Part shown: positions 1-8,635 of the stretch, in pieces | Position numbering within the stretch: the stretch's first letter is position 1 | Layout: every line of letters starts with the position of its first letter | Source: an uncultured virus (IMG/VR IMGVR_UViG_3300025390_000006) | Taxonomy: Duplodnaviria; Heunggongvirae; Uroviricota; Caudoviricetes | Virus record (IMG/VR): IMGVR_UViG_3300025390_000006 | DNA: 20,000 bases | Strand: one strand, 5' to 3' | Position numbers and translations under genes: made by a program | Notes under the pieces: generated by a model | What the model was told of the DNA's origin: nothing | The model's database searches: none | The model's input: the letters and a program-made list of their open reading frames with translations, nothing else

Positions 1-1287
1 ATGCTCCTTATGAAAAAGGGCATTGAGAAAGGCGAATCATTCTTGCAAAGCCGTTACGGTCGTAAACTATATTCGCAGATTAAGTCGGACAACATCAACG
101 ACTTACAAGCGGCTCATAAGTCTTTGACTGATCCCAACAATACCAAAAAGGATAGCGCGTTTATCGCGAAGAATATTCTTATGGGGTTAGCAAGGGCTGG
201 AACCCGCGTCGGCGCTACAGCTATGGGTCGCAAAGAAGGCGGTCGCGTAGGTTACGATGAGGGCGGTGACGTTCGTTCGGGCGATAGCGTTGGTGGATAT
301 AAAGGTGATACGGGCGGGTCCAGTGGTGATTCGGGCGGGAACGATAACGTCCGCGCCGATACCGTTTCGCAATCACAACAAGCATCCAGCGATGCACAGG
401 CGGCGGCTAATGACAGGGCTAACAGTCAAGATGTAAGTAAGTTTGCATTTGGTAAGGGCTTTGATACATCCGGCGGTGATTCGGGTGGGCCATCTATGGG
501 TTCACTCCCATCTGGGGCGGCAACCGCCAATGTTCCAACCCCGCACTTGGATTACGTCAATAAGATCGTCGACTCCATGCAGGGGCCGGAAAGTTCGTAC
601 GGACAAAATACGTACAATATGGGTTCGGGTGCATTTGGTCCTTGGGGCTTAATGCCTAAAACCGCTGTGGATCAATTAACTCAGTTGCACCCTGAGTACT
701 TAAATGAAGCGACAGGGACGGTTAACCCCGGAGACGTTGCAAGTGGCGGATTGAATACCAGCCAAGATCCTTCTGGCGTCTCTAACTCCACCCTCCTTCG
801 CAATATTGTGACGAATCAGGATTTGCAACGGGAATTGGTTACCAATTTAACGAACCAGAACATGCAGACGCTTGCGTCCAACGGATTTGCGACAACCCCC
901 GGTAACATTTACGCCGCTCATATGCTGGGTGTAAACGACGCGATGAAACTATTGCGCTCTGATCCATCCGCCGGGATTGAAAGCACGGGGGTTAACCCGA
1001 AAGCGATCAAGAGCAATAAATTGGATGGTATGACGGTATACGATTTCCTTAATCATACACAAAATCTAATGGCACAGGCCCCTACGGCTCCCATAGCCCC
1101 AACCGCTGGACGTACTTTCCAGAACAAGGGCGGTCGTGTTCAACGGTCCACTGGCGGTCGTATTCCTGAAATGGATAAGATCTTTAAGAGTGCGAAACGG
1201 GAATTGGACGGCCAAACTCAAAAAATGCTTCACATGCATGATGATGCAATCGTCAATGCTTTAAGAATTGCCCAACGTAGGGTATAA
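1..1287 (+). CDS. Virion-associated protein with lytic transglycosylase (SLT-like) domain; may extend 5' of the window
   Basis: 428 aa ORF; SLT-like motifs PESSYG, GAFGPWGLMPKTA, IYAAHMLG; Gly/Ser-rich linkers; repeated xGGR(V/I) motifs; upstream of lysis genes. Confidence 0.7.
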   Translation: MLLMKKGIEKGESFLQSRYGRKLYSQIKSDNINDLQAAHKSLTDPNNTKKDSAFIAKNILMGLARAGTRVGATAMGRKEGGRVGYDEGGDVRSGDSVGGYKGDTGGSSGDSGGNDNVRADTVSQSQQASSDAQAAANDRANSQDVSKFAFGKGFDTSGGDSGGPSMGSLPSGAATANVPTPHLDYVNKIVDSMQGPESSYGQNTYNMGSGAFGPWGLMPKTAVDQLTQLHPEYLNEATGTVNPGDVASGGLNTSQDPSGVSNSTLLRNIVTNQDLQRELVTNLTNQNMQTLASNGFATTPGNIYAAHMLGVNDAMKLLRSDPSAGIESTGVNPKAIKSNKLDGMTVYDFLNHTQNLMAQAPTAPIAPTAGRTFQNKGGRVQRSTGGRIPEMDKIFKSAKRELDGQTQKMLHMHDDAIVNALRIAQRRV

Positions 1288-1317
1288 TATCGTTGATTTT
1301 TCTGGAAAGGGTTTAAG

Positions 1318-2160
1318 ATGGGCGGATATATGAATGGTGGCGGTTATGGTTATCCCCCTCCCAATTCTGGGTATGGATATATGCCTGACCTCCAAGGTAA
1401 TACGGCAGTCCCGCAAAGCAACGCGGCGCAAAATATACAAGCGAATCAGAACGCACAAACGGTCGTCCCAAATGGCGCGAATACTCAATATACGGGAGGG
1501 TTAAATTATGGCCCTAACCCGTACATGTATAGCGGCCAAGGTGGTTATGGTGGCTACGGCGTCATGCAGGGGTATAATGGGTATAATATGCCGCAAGGTG
1601 GTCCGCAGGGGCGGGATTTCTTTAAACAATTGTTAAGTACCCTCCAAGGGCTAAATACCAACACCACAAATCAACCCGCTACCCCAACTCCACCGACTAC
1701 TCCGACAGATCCTAATGCTGCGTTGATAACCAGTGCATATCAAAAGGATTTTGGCCGCGCTCCTGATGCGGCTGGTCTTGCTTATTATCAGCAGCAATTG
1801 GCTCAACATCCAGAATATGCCAACAATTTAAACGCAATTATTGGTGGTGGTGCGGCGGCTGGTAGTGCTGATTATAATGCTTATAACGCTAATAATTTAC
1901 CGACAGAAATGGGTGGTAACAAAGGAAGCTTTGGACCCGCAACATCTTCGGATGCATTGCCAGCAGTAAACCCCGTTACGGTTGGTGGGACAACGTACAA
2001 TCCAACGATACCGTCGGGCGTTGGTGCTGGGTATATAAATAACTTGAACGCCGCCAATGCTAATCCTCAAATAGCCTCCGCTTTGGCTGGAGCGGTCAAT
2101 GCGGGTATTCCCGGATTTAACGTTGTTAAGACTGGCGGTCGTATTAAATACAAGTATTGA
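1318..2160 (+). CDS. Low-complexity G/N/Y/P-rich putative virion protein with DUF4214-like segment
   Basis: ALITSAYQKDFGRAPDAAGLAYYQQQL resembles DUF4214; ends KTGGRIKYKY; purine-rich SD-like stretch (GGAAAGGG) upstream. Confidence 0.55.
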   Translation: MGGYMNGGGYGYPPPNSGYGYMPDLQGNTAVPQSNAAQNIQANQNAQTVVPNGANTQYTGGLNYGPNPYMYSGQGGYGGYGVMQGYNGYNMPQGGPQGRDFFKQLLSTLQGLNTNTTNQPATPTPPTTPTDPNAALITSAYQKDFGRAPDAAGLAYYQQQLAQHPEYANNLNAIIGGGAAAGSADYNAYNANNLPTEMGGNKGSFGPATSSDALPAVNPVTVGGTTYNPTIPSGVGAGYINNLNAANANPQIASALAGAVNAGIPGFNVVKTGGRIKYKY

Positions 2161-2180
2161 TTTGATTGGGGATTTACTGA

Positions 2181-2648
2181 ATGGACCCGTTTACCCTTAT
2201 AGCGGGCGCTACCGCAATCTATAACTCCATTAAGTCCGCCGTTGATTCGGGTCGGGACATGATGGAGACTGCGGAGAAGGTAAGCAATCTATTTAGCAAA
2301 GTTGGTCAAATTGTTACGGTAACCTCTACGCCGCATAAGAAAAAACTATTCCAAAGCCAAGCGGATTATGAGGCGGAGGCGGTAAAACGCTACGCTGTTA
2401 AAGCTAAAGCACAGGATATGCAGCTTCAGGTAAAGAACATGTTCGTGGGCCAATATGGTCCCGCAGCATGGGAAGGCATCCAACGTCAAGTCATTGAAAT
2501 GCGGAAAGAGGCGGCCCGTCAAGCTGCTGCCGCGTTAAAAGAACAGGAAGAAAACCGTAAGGATTTAATTATGGTTAGCAGTATCGTTGGATTTTTGGTA
2601 TTAGGTATAGGCGCAATCGGCATCTTTTTAATGTTAACGGTGAAATAA
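2181..2648 (+). CDS. Phage hypothetical protein, coiled coil with C-terminal TM helix
   Basis: 155 aa ORF, GGGGA SD, MDPFTLIAGATA start, hydrophobic C-terminus. Confidence 0.7.
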   Translation: MDPFTLIAGATAIYNSIKSAVDSGRDMMETAEKVSNLFSKVGQIVTVTSTPHKKKLFQSQADYEAEAVKRYAVKAKAQDMQLQVKNMFVGQYGPAAWEGIQRQVIEMRKEAARQAAAALKEQEENRKDLIMVSSIVGFLVLGIGAIGIFLMLTVK

Positions 2649-2649
2649 C

Positions 2650-2874
2650 ATGCTTCAAGCTCTTAAACATATGTTCACTGGGGTGGACAACATGACTTGG
2701 GACATTGGCCGCATCTTATGGGCTAAAATGTCCTTTGTTTACTGCGCGGTTACCGCATATCAGGCGGTGATTCATGGGAACTTTGACCCTCAAAACTGGG
2801 CTATCGGCGCTTCCGCTATCCTTGCTGGCGGCGGTGGTGGGTTAGCACTAAAGTCTAAGACGGAGCCATCGTAA
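2650..2874 (+). CDS. Putative holin (two TM segments)
   Basis: 74 aa, two hydrophobic stretches, first gene of the translationally coupled lysis cluster. Confidence 0.55.
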   Translation: MLQALKHMFTGVDNMTWDIGRILWAKMSFVYCAVTAYQAVIHGNFDPQNWAIGASAILAGGGGGLALKSKTEPS

Positions 2875-3131
2875 TGTTCTTCCTACTCCTTAATCCTTGG
2901 GTGCGTAATGCCGCAATCGCCGTTGGGATAAGTGCCGCACTTATTCTGGGCTATGCATACTGGGCGGGCCATGAAAAGGCTATAGGGGCCGCCAATGAGC
3001 GGGCGCAGGAAGAGGTCATAGCGATTCAGCATGAGCAGAAGGTCGATGCGGAGGCGGTTAAAATAGACCAGTCTGTCTCTCAGGATAATACCCCTCAGGA
3101 TACCCTTCAGAAACAATGGAGCCAACCATGA
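2874..3131 (+). CDS. Putative i-spanin (Rz-like)
   Basis: N-terminal TM followed by helical hydrophilic domain; TAATG overlap upstream, ATGA overlap with a lipoprotein gene. Confidence 0.65.
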   Translation: MFFLLLNPWVRNAAIAVGISAALILGYAYWAGHEKAIGAANERAQEEVIAIQHEQKVDAEAVKIDQSVSQDNTPQDTLQKQWSQP

Positions 3132-3325
3132 AGCGGATTTTTATATTGGTATCGATATTACCTATGGCGGCCTGTATGCCTAAGCCAGAGACTAAGATTG
3201 TAGATACATCCTGCAATTGGGTGAAGCCTATTTATGTCAGAAAAACTGATACTTTATCTAACAAAACGGCATCGGAAATCTTGTCCCATGACGAAAAATG
3301 GAAGCAGTTCTGCGGGAATAAATAA
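3128..3325 (+). CDS. Putative o-spanin lipoprotein (Rz1-like)
   Basis: MKRIFILVSILPMAAC signal peptide ending in a lipobox-like Cys; SCNWVKPIY...EILSHDEKW..FC pattern. Confidence 0.7.
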   Translation: MKRIFILVSILPMAACMPKPETKIVDTSCNWVKPIYVRKTDTLSNKTASEILSHDEKWKQFCGNK

Positions 3326-3837
3326 TGAAAGATAATTTTGAGCAGTGTTTAGCCCTTGTTCTTAAGGAAGAAGGGGGCTATGTGAATGATGCACGTGATC
3401 CGGGGGGCCGGACAAACCACGGCGTTACTCAAAAAGTCTGGGAAGATTGGGTCGGTCATCCGGTGACGGAGATGGACATGATGAACTTGACGATTCAGGA
3501 TGTCGCCCCCCTGTACAAAAAGAACTACTGGGATAAGATAAATGGCGACTCACTTCCTCTTGGCATTGACTATGCCACTTTTGATATGGCTGTTAATAGC
3601 GGGGTAAGCCGTGCGGCAAAAACCCTCCAGCAGATATGCGGTGTGGGTCAAGACGGACAAGTCGGGCCAGAAACAATTGCTGCTGCTGAAGAGGCAAACG
3701 GTCGTGAAACTGCAACGCGAATCTGCGAAGCCCGGTTAGCTTTCCTACAAGGACTTCCTACGTGGCCCACTTTTGGAAAAGGTTGGGGCGGTCGCGTATC
3801 AAGGGTTGAAAATATAGCGTTTCGTATGGTAGAATAA
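3325..3837 (+). CDS. Endolysin, glycoside hydrolase family 108 with C-terminal PG-binding domain
   Basis: EGGYVND.RDPGGRTNHGVT catalytic motif, FDMAVNSG, FGKGW..RV. Confidence 0.92.
   Translation: MKDNFEQCLALVLKEEGGYVNDARDPGGRTNHGVTQKVWEDWVGHPVTEMDMMNLTIQDVAPLYKKNYWDKINGDSLPLGIDYATFDMAVNSGVSRAAKTLQQICGVGQDGQVGPETIAAAEEANGRETATRICEARLAFLQGLPTWPTFGKGWGGRVSRVENIAFRMVE
3806..3835 (+). promoter_or_regulatory. Putative sigma70 promoter in the 3' end of the endolysin gene
   Basis: TTGAAA (3806-3811), 18 nt, extended -10 TGg-TAGAAT (3827-3835). Confidence 0.5.
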
Positions 3838-3839
3838 GA

Positions 3840-3917
3840 GGTACCGTGGTTTTTCCTTCCCACGGTATCCTCCCTGACTTGGGGCCGATCAGTTTCGGGG
3901 CTGGTCGGCCTCCTTTT
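3840..3917 (+). ncRNA. Candidate ~78 nt sRNA with CU-rich (anti-SD-like) loop and linker
   Basis: Hairpin GGTACCGTGG/CCACGGTATC with TTTTTCCTTC loop, CCTCCC linker, terminator hairpin; promoter immediately upstream. Confidence 0.4.
3881..3917 (+). terminator. Intrinsic terminator at the convergence of late and leftward transcription
   Basis: GGGGCCGATCAG / CTGGTCGGCCTC stem (with G-U pairs) followed by CTTTT. Confidence 0.7.
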
Positions 3918-4227
3918 CATTACAGATTGTTATAATGTATTTACAACTTTGAACTACGGGGAGATTGCTCCCGTTGCTTTTGTAAATCCTCTCACTGTCA
4001 ATCCATTGTAACTCTTTTAGCCCTTTTAAAGCGCGAATCACCACCGCCCGATTCGTGAAAGTAGCCTCCGCAATTTCATCCAATGTAGCTACAAAATGCT
4101 TTGGGCCGTAATGATCCAAAATACGAAGCATCATTATCTGCTCCCTCATTCGGGCATTGCTGGTCCAAATCACCGTTTGGATCATCTCCATTATTGTGGG
4201 CGGGGTGCGACTAACACTGGCGTTCAT
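3889..4227 (-). CDS. Winged helix-turn-helix protein
   Basis: ATLDEIAEATFTNRAVVIRALKGLKELQWI is wHTH-like; start uncertain (4227 follows a GGGG SD). Confidence 0.65.
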   Translation of the reverse strand: MNASVSRTPPTIMEMIQTVIWTSNARMREQIMMLRILDHYGPKHFVATLDEIAEATFTNRAVVIRALKGLKELQWIDSERIYKSNGSNLPVVQSCKYIITICNEKEADQPRN

Positions 4228-4447
4228 CATCATCCCCATCAAGAGACATGTGAATTTCCCTTCGTTTGAATGTCAGATTGGTCTGCGCCCTAACATCCGG
4301 GTTTGCATACGTCCAAATTTCACCCGTGTTATCTTGTACGCACACCCATAGAAGGTGATGCTCTTCGCCGTAATCAATCACAAAATGCGCTAAAGCTGGA
4401 CCTTTTGGGGTTAGCATTGGTAAAGTTGGTCTGAGTTGCAAAATCAA
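4211..4447 (-). CDS. Phage hypothetical protein
   Basis: 78 aa, coupled to upstream gene; TPKGPALAHFVIDYG...GEIWTY pattern. Confidence 0.7.
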   Translation of the reverse strand: MILQLRPTLPMLTPKGPALAHFVIDYGEEHHLLWVCVQDNTGEIWTYANPDVRAQTNLTFKRREIHMSLDGDDDERQC

Positions 4448-4770
4448 TGTGTTTGCTCCTTACCGCTTTCCAGAAGGTGCTTTAGATAATCTTGAACAAT
4501 ACCTTTAACTTTTCGGAGGGTTGTTTCTAATGTGTTATCTTCAAGAACTTCGCGGTTCATCATGCAAGTAATGAGCATGAGGGATATGGAATGGATGATG
4601 ATCGCATCCGACATTTTATCGGTCACCTTCCCATCCTTCACCATCTCCATGACCGATTCGTTAATCGCGAAGGATAGCTTATCCGCCAATGGAAAGGCAT
4701 GATCGTAGATGTTTTCTAACGGATTTTCTTTCGCGTTAGGGTCAAAATCGTCTGGTAATATGAGTGCCAT
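4444..4770 (-). CDS. Hypothetical protein
   Basis: 108 aa ORF in a tightly packed operon with overlapping stop/start. Confidence 0.7.
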   Translation of the reverse strand: MALILPDDFDPNAKENPLENIYDHAFPLADKLSFAINESVMEMVKDGKVTDKMSDAIIIHSISLMLITCMMNREVLEDNTLETTLRKVKGIVQDYLKHLLESGKEQTH

Positions 4771-5030
4771 TAGTTAATTCCGTCCATGTTAATTGGGAAA
4801 TGTTTATGGTTTTTTATAAAATCTTGTGCTTCTTCTAACGTTTCAAATGTTGCGATAGATTCATACGTTAAGAAAAAGTCTTCCCACCGTTTTACTCTAA
4901 AACCAATTTCTTTCTTTTCTGGCCTACCATTTCGGTCATATGTAGTTACTTGAATGGCATCAATTATCCATTTTGGGTTCCTCCAAGACAACCTCACTAA
5001 TGGCCTCATTAAAGCGTAAAAAAATTCCAT
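4770..5030 (-). CDS. Hypothetical protein
   Basis: 86 aa ORF, TAATG overlaps on both sides. Confidence 0.65.
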   Translation of the reverse strand: MEFFYALMRPLVRLSWRNPKWIIDAIQVTTYDRNGRPEKKEIGFRVKRWEDFFLTYESIATFETLEEAQDFIKNHKHFPINMDGIN

Positions 5031-5377
5031 TACTCATCTCTCCTAACTACGGTTCCGTCTAATTTTCGCTTGAATGCAGATTTTTTACCAAAAGGTAAGG
5101 GCGTCCTTGATACATGACCTCCAAGGTGACGCGCTTCGCGCCTCTTAGCCTTTGCAATTTGACCCACGTCATCAGACGTTTTTGTTCGATGACATTTAAT
5201 ATGGGCCAGTTCCCAGTTAGCCTCAGCATCTTCCCCGCCCATCGCAAGAGGAATTCTATGCTCCAACTCCCAAGCTTCTCCAACATTAATTTTACCCCCA
5301 CATATGTGACACAGGCCGCCCCGTGATTGGAACAGGGCTACCCGTTTCTTCGTTGATATTGACGCTCTTTTTACCAT
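5030..5377 (-). CDS. HNH endonuclease
   Basis: CHICGG...LEHRIPLAMGG...N..LAHIKCHRTKT. Confidence 0.88.
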   Translation of the reverse strand: MVKRASISTKKRVALFQSRGGLCHICGGKINVGEAWELEHRIPLAMGGEDAEANWELAHIKCHRTKTSDDVGQIAKAKRREARHLGGHVSRTPLPFGKKSAFKRKLDGTVVRRDE

Positions 5378-5643
5378 GGCATGTCGTCATTGAGCGAATC
5401 TTTAACTGATGGTTTTGCCTGTTGTGGCTTAGGGAATGATCCCTTTGACTCAGGCGGCTTAACTTCATCACCCATCCGTCCACCAAGGAAATTATTGCCG
5501 TTCTTGGAGGTCTTATTCCAAAACGCCAATTCATAATCTTTCCCTTCAATATGAATGGACCCCCGCCAATCTGGCTGGCTATCCTTGGTCTTACGATCAT
5601 TCGCGAACAACGTTGCGTCGCCATGCTTCTTTTCATACGCCAT
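5371..5643 (-). CDS. Putative ssDNA-binding protein (DUF736-like)
   Basis: LFAN.RK...QPDWRGSI.....YELAFW and acidic tail LNDDMPW; start MAYEKK after GGAG. Confidence 0.7.
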   Translation of the reverse strand: MAYEKKHGDATLFANDRKTKDSQPDWRGSIHIEGKDYELAFWNKTSKNGNNFLGGRMGDEVKPPESKGSFPKPQQAKPSVKDSLNDDMPW

Positions 5644-5644
5644 T

Positions 5645-6097
5645 TTACTTACTCCATAAGTCAACAATGTTAAAACCAATCATCTTCTCCACCTCATGGA
5701 GGAGTTCATACTGGTTGATTTCTGGTATTACTTCTTCCGTTATTACGTCCAAAGAACTCTCAAAAAACTTTCGGAACTCTTCTTGATCCATTGCGTTAAA
5801 ACTAATGGATCTTGCAACCCACCAGACCTTATCGTCATGGAACCGAACTTCCTCCACATACCCAAGGCGGATCTTCAACCAAAGTAGTAGCTGTTCCGGC
5901 TTACGGTACGTTTCGTGGTTCTCACAAATCTTCTGAATCAACGCCCAGAAGAACCTATGTTGTTTTGAACTACGGGGCCGTGTGATCGTCACGGATAAGT
6001 CTTTCCCCGTAGGGAACTCAGCCAAAGCCTCTTCGTCCACTAAGGAGCAAGGTTCCAGCTTGTTCCCATTGCGGCGGACATAAATGACTTCAGCCAT
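5645..6097 (-). CDS. NinB/DUF1367-like recombination accessory protein
   Basis: RPRSSKQHRFFWALI and SISFNAMDQEEF motifs; adjacent to ERF. Confidence 0.7.
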   Translation of the reverse strand: MAEVIYVRRNGNKLEPCSLVDEEALAEFPTGKDLSVTITRPRSSKQHRFFWALIQKICENHETYRKPEQLLLWLKIRLGYVEEVRFHDDKVWWVARSISFNAMDQEEFRKFFESSLDVITEEVIPEINQYELLHEVEKMIGFNIVDLWSK

Positions 6098-6722
6098 TGC
6101 CTTTCAATTCGTCCCTGCGTAACTTATAATAGTCTTGCAATTCTTTGCGGTGACCGGGGAGAAGCATCGCAATTTTGTCTTTGTTCTCCGTCGCCCACTC
6201 CGTTAATTGCTGTTGGTTTTCGCAGAAATCCAATACACCCTTAATGACTTCCATTAGTTTGGTGCTATCGTCTGGCGTAAGACCCGGCTCCATTTGCTTT
6301 GGCGCAGCCTTAGCCTTTACAGCGGTCGTATCAGCCGCCTGAGCAGCATTGCCGTCATCATCATCCTCACCCGCGACACCCACCAAACCAAATAGCGAAT
6401 AGCGGCGGGCATAGGTCATCGCTGACCCCATCTCCTGCGGGCGACCAAGGCCACCTACCGGATAGTCCGATTCAAGCCACTGTCCAGATTTATGAACGAT
6501 ACGGGTGTTAAGGATAATGATTCCATCCATTACGGACGTACCTTGAACGAATGCCAACCCGTGCTTTGCGTAGCATTCACGGATCGCATCCAGACCGTCA
6601 GAGAGGTCCACGTAGCGGGATTTAAAGTGTGGGTTGATCTTGTTCTTAGGCGGGTTCTTTAACGCCCCCTGTGCGGCTGCTAAGGCCGTGGAGAGGTGTT
6701 CAATGCTTTCACTTGTCTTCAT
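6090..6722 (-). CDS. erf: ERF-family single-strand annealing protein
   Basis: NPHFKSRY, HKSGQWL, QEMGSAMTYARRYSL...GEDDDDG signature. Confidence 0.92.
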   Translation of the reverse strand: MKTSESIEHLSTALAAAQGALKNPPKNKINPHFKSRYVDLSDGLDAIRECYAKHGLAFVQGTSVMDGIIILNTRIVHKSGQWLESDYPVGGLGRPQEMGSAMTYARRYSLFGLVGVAGEDDDDGNAAQAADTTAVKAKAAPKQMEPGLTPDDSTKLMEVIKGVLDFCENQQQLTEWATENKDKIAMLLPGHRKELQDYYKLRRDELKGNG

Positions 6723-6733
6723 AATCTTTCCTT

Positions 6734-6982
6734 TCAGTGTGCTTTTTTTCTGTCTGGGTTACCAGTTACTTCGTATAGTATTGCGCGGGCGTGTCCGTCC
6801 GCGATCTCAATTTCCCTTGGGGCGGAGGGGTTCTGCAATTGCTTCGCAAGTTCAGGTAGGAGTTCCGCCAACCTATCCCTTATGAATTGCCCCTCATCCG
6901 CCGCGACTAAAGGATGAACTTCAATTTGGAAACCATCTGTCATCATGTGGATTTCCAATATTAAGACGCTTTCTTCGCGCAT
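6734..6982 (-). CDS. Hypothetical protein
   Basis: ORF fills the gap; likely start MREES at 6982, just after the upstream stop. Confidence 0.6.
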   Translation of the reverse strand: MREESVLILEIHMMTDGFQIEVHPLVAADEGQFIRDRLAELLPELAKQLQNPSAPREIEIADGHARAILYEVTGNPDRKKAH

Positions 6983-6983
6983 A

Positions 6984-7310
6984 TTAATCGCCTTCCTTAA
7001 ATACGGGCGTTGGCGGATCGCCAAAACATTTTTTTTCCCATTCAACTCTTCTTTTTAACCAATCCGCTTCTTCCTGCATAAAGACTGAATAAGATTTTTT
7101 TGCAGAAAGCCAGAAGTGACGGGGTACGTTTGGGCAAATTCTTTCCAATTCACGTATAGTTTTGGCAAGGCGTATACCATGCTCAATGAGATGTTCGGAC
7201 CATCCCATTCCCCGCTCAATTTCATCTGCGGCGGCATGATAAATTGCATCTGATTTTACGCCACCCACTTCCCAATCACCAAGTTCGCGCAATCGGTTTA
7301 CAATATCCAT
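6984..7310 (-). CDS. MDIVxRLR...AADEIER family small protein (isolated paralogue of the 13-14.7 kb array)
   Basis: MDIVNRLREL...HAAADEIER N-terminus and KEGD C-terminus match the array consensus. Confidence 0.7.
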   Translation of the reverse strand: MDIVNRLRELGDWEVGGVKSDAIYHAAADEIERGMGWSEHLIEHGIRLAKTIRELERICPNVPRHFWLSAKKSYSVFMQEEADWLKRRVEWEKKCFGDPPTPVFKEGD

Positions 7311-7311
7311 T

Positions 7312-8094
7312 TCAATCCCCCTTCAATCTTAACGCACCCCGCTTATCGCGCTTGATGCTGACACCGTATCCATACGCTTCCGCCATATCTTCCTCCATCA
7401 GACCCTTCAGGCCAGAGGCGGCTTCATCGTACATTTTCTTACCCGCTGAGTTTAACTGCAACTGATTCGCGAAGTTAGCCCACGCATTGTTGCCCGTCAT
7501 ATCAACGCGGCGCACCGCATCTACCGGAGGCCGTACGGTAATTGTAACTGGCGGGGTGCCATTTTTGACACAATCCCAAAAGCGTTTTTCCGCGTCAATC
7601 AAGATATCCGCGTATATCGCATCAAGGTTTATGTCGTACTTCTCCCACTTATGGTTGCCGTAAAAGACGGATAGGACAGCCTTCTCCACGCCGCACACCA
7701 GCATGTTATGCGTTAGCTGGGGATAGTAGCGGTCCATAATTTCGTCGTCCTTAGAGAACGCAGAAACGTGTTTAGCTTCAAAAACGGTGAGGCCGTCGTC
7801 TGTGAGTCCATCAAGGGTGCATCCCATGAAAGAGTGAGATAAACTAATCTTTTGGGTACCGTTATCCGTAACATGACGACCCGTCTGCTTTGTAAACCAC
7901 TGTATGTTAAAAGGTTCTGTAAAAACTCCCATCTGTACTGGAAGTGCGTCGGACAGATCATGGTCTTCTGCTTTCCCTCTTTTTATTTTCCATAATTCAA
8001 AAATACGTTCTTCATCACCTCCCATGATTGTGTTTGCATCTGACCCGCCCAATAGTTTTGAGCGGAACTCTTTCTGTTCCTTCGTAAGTGCCAT
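7312..8094 (-). CDS. YqaJ-like (lambda Exo-type) recombination exonuclease
   Basis: LGGSDA, GCTLDG, FEAKH, YYPQLTHNM motifs; upstream of ERF. Confidence 0.9.
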   Translation of the reverse strand: MALTKEQKEFRSKLLGGSDANTIMGGDEERIFELWKIKRGKAEDHDLSDALPVQMGVFTEPFNIQWFTKQTGRHVTDNGTQKISLSHSFMGCTLDGLTDDGLTVFEAKHVSAFSKDDEIMDRYYPQLTHNMLVCGVEKAVLSVFYGNHKWEKYDINLDAIYADILIDAEKRFWDCVKNGTPPVTITVRPPVDAVRRVDMTGNNAWANFANQLQLNSAGKKMYDEAASGLKGLMEEDMAEAYGYGVSIKRDKRGALRLKGD

Positions 8095-8122
8095 TTTTAT
8101 CTTTCCCGTTGATAGTGAGAGG

Positions 8123-8151
8123 AATTTCCCACTGATTCGCTATTATGTCAA
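8123..8151 (-). promoter_or_regulatory. Putative promoter of the recombination operon containing a TGATTCG (GANTC) site
   Basis: Minus-strand TTGACA (8151-8146), 17 nt, weak -10 GAAATT; TGATTCG at 8133-8139. Confidence 0.5.
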
Positions 8152-8158
8152 CTACTAA

Positions 8159-8635
8159 TTATAGTTCTATAAATTCACCTAAATTAAAGGTGCAGAAGTA
8201 TGCTTTCTCAGTATCACCGCGTTCGCTGTCAGTAACATCTCTGGATGTCCATTGATCCATCGTATCTGTTTTAACAACAAATGCATGTGTCCTATCTTTA
8301 TTAACGATGAAGTACGCAAATGCATTTACGCGATGCGTTTTGTGTACCTCATTGATAAGGACTGACTTGAAGGGGTAATCTGACACAGATGTAAAGCTAT
8401 GCTTCGTTCCCTTTACCTCAATGATAAAATCATTACCACTGGCGGTATGACAAATAATGTCACCCTTATCGACATACTCAGCGGACTTCGTCACATTAGG
8501 TGCTAATTCCATTGATGGAATGGTTACCCCAAGGCCCTTTTCCCGCCAGATATATTCCGCGACTTTGAAAACAGCCGCCCGTGAATTTTGGAAGCGCTTT
8601 GTAAAAACCGCCCATTCCCGTTCGCTTTGTCTCAT
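8159..8635 (-). CDS. Putative PD-(D/E)xK fold protein
   Basis: DKGDII....FIIEVKG motif. Confidence 0.55.
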   Translation of the reverse strand: MRQSEREWAVFTKRFQNSRAAVFKVAEYIWREKGLGVTIPSMELAPNVTKSAEYVDKGDIICHTASGNDFIIEVKGTKHSFTSVSDYPFKSVLINEVHKTHRVNAFAYFIVNKDRTHAFVVKTDTMDQWTSRDVTDSERGDTEKAYFCTFNLGEFIEL

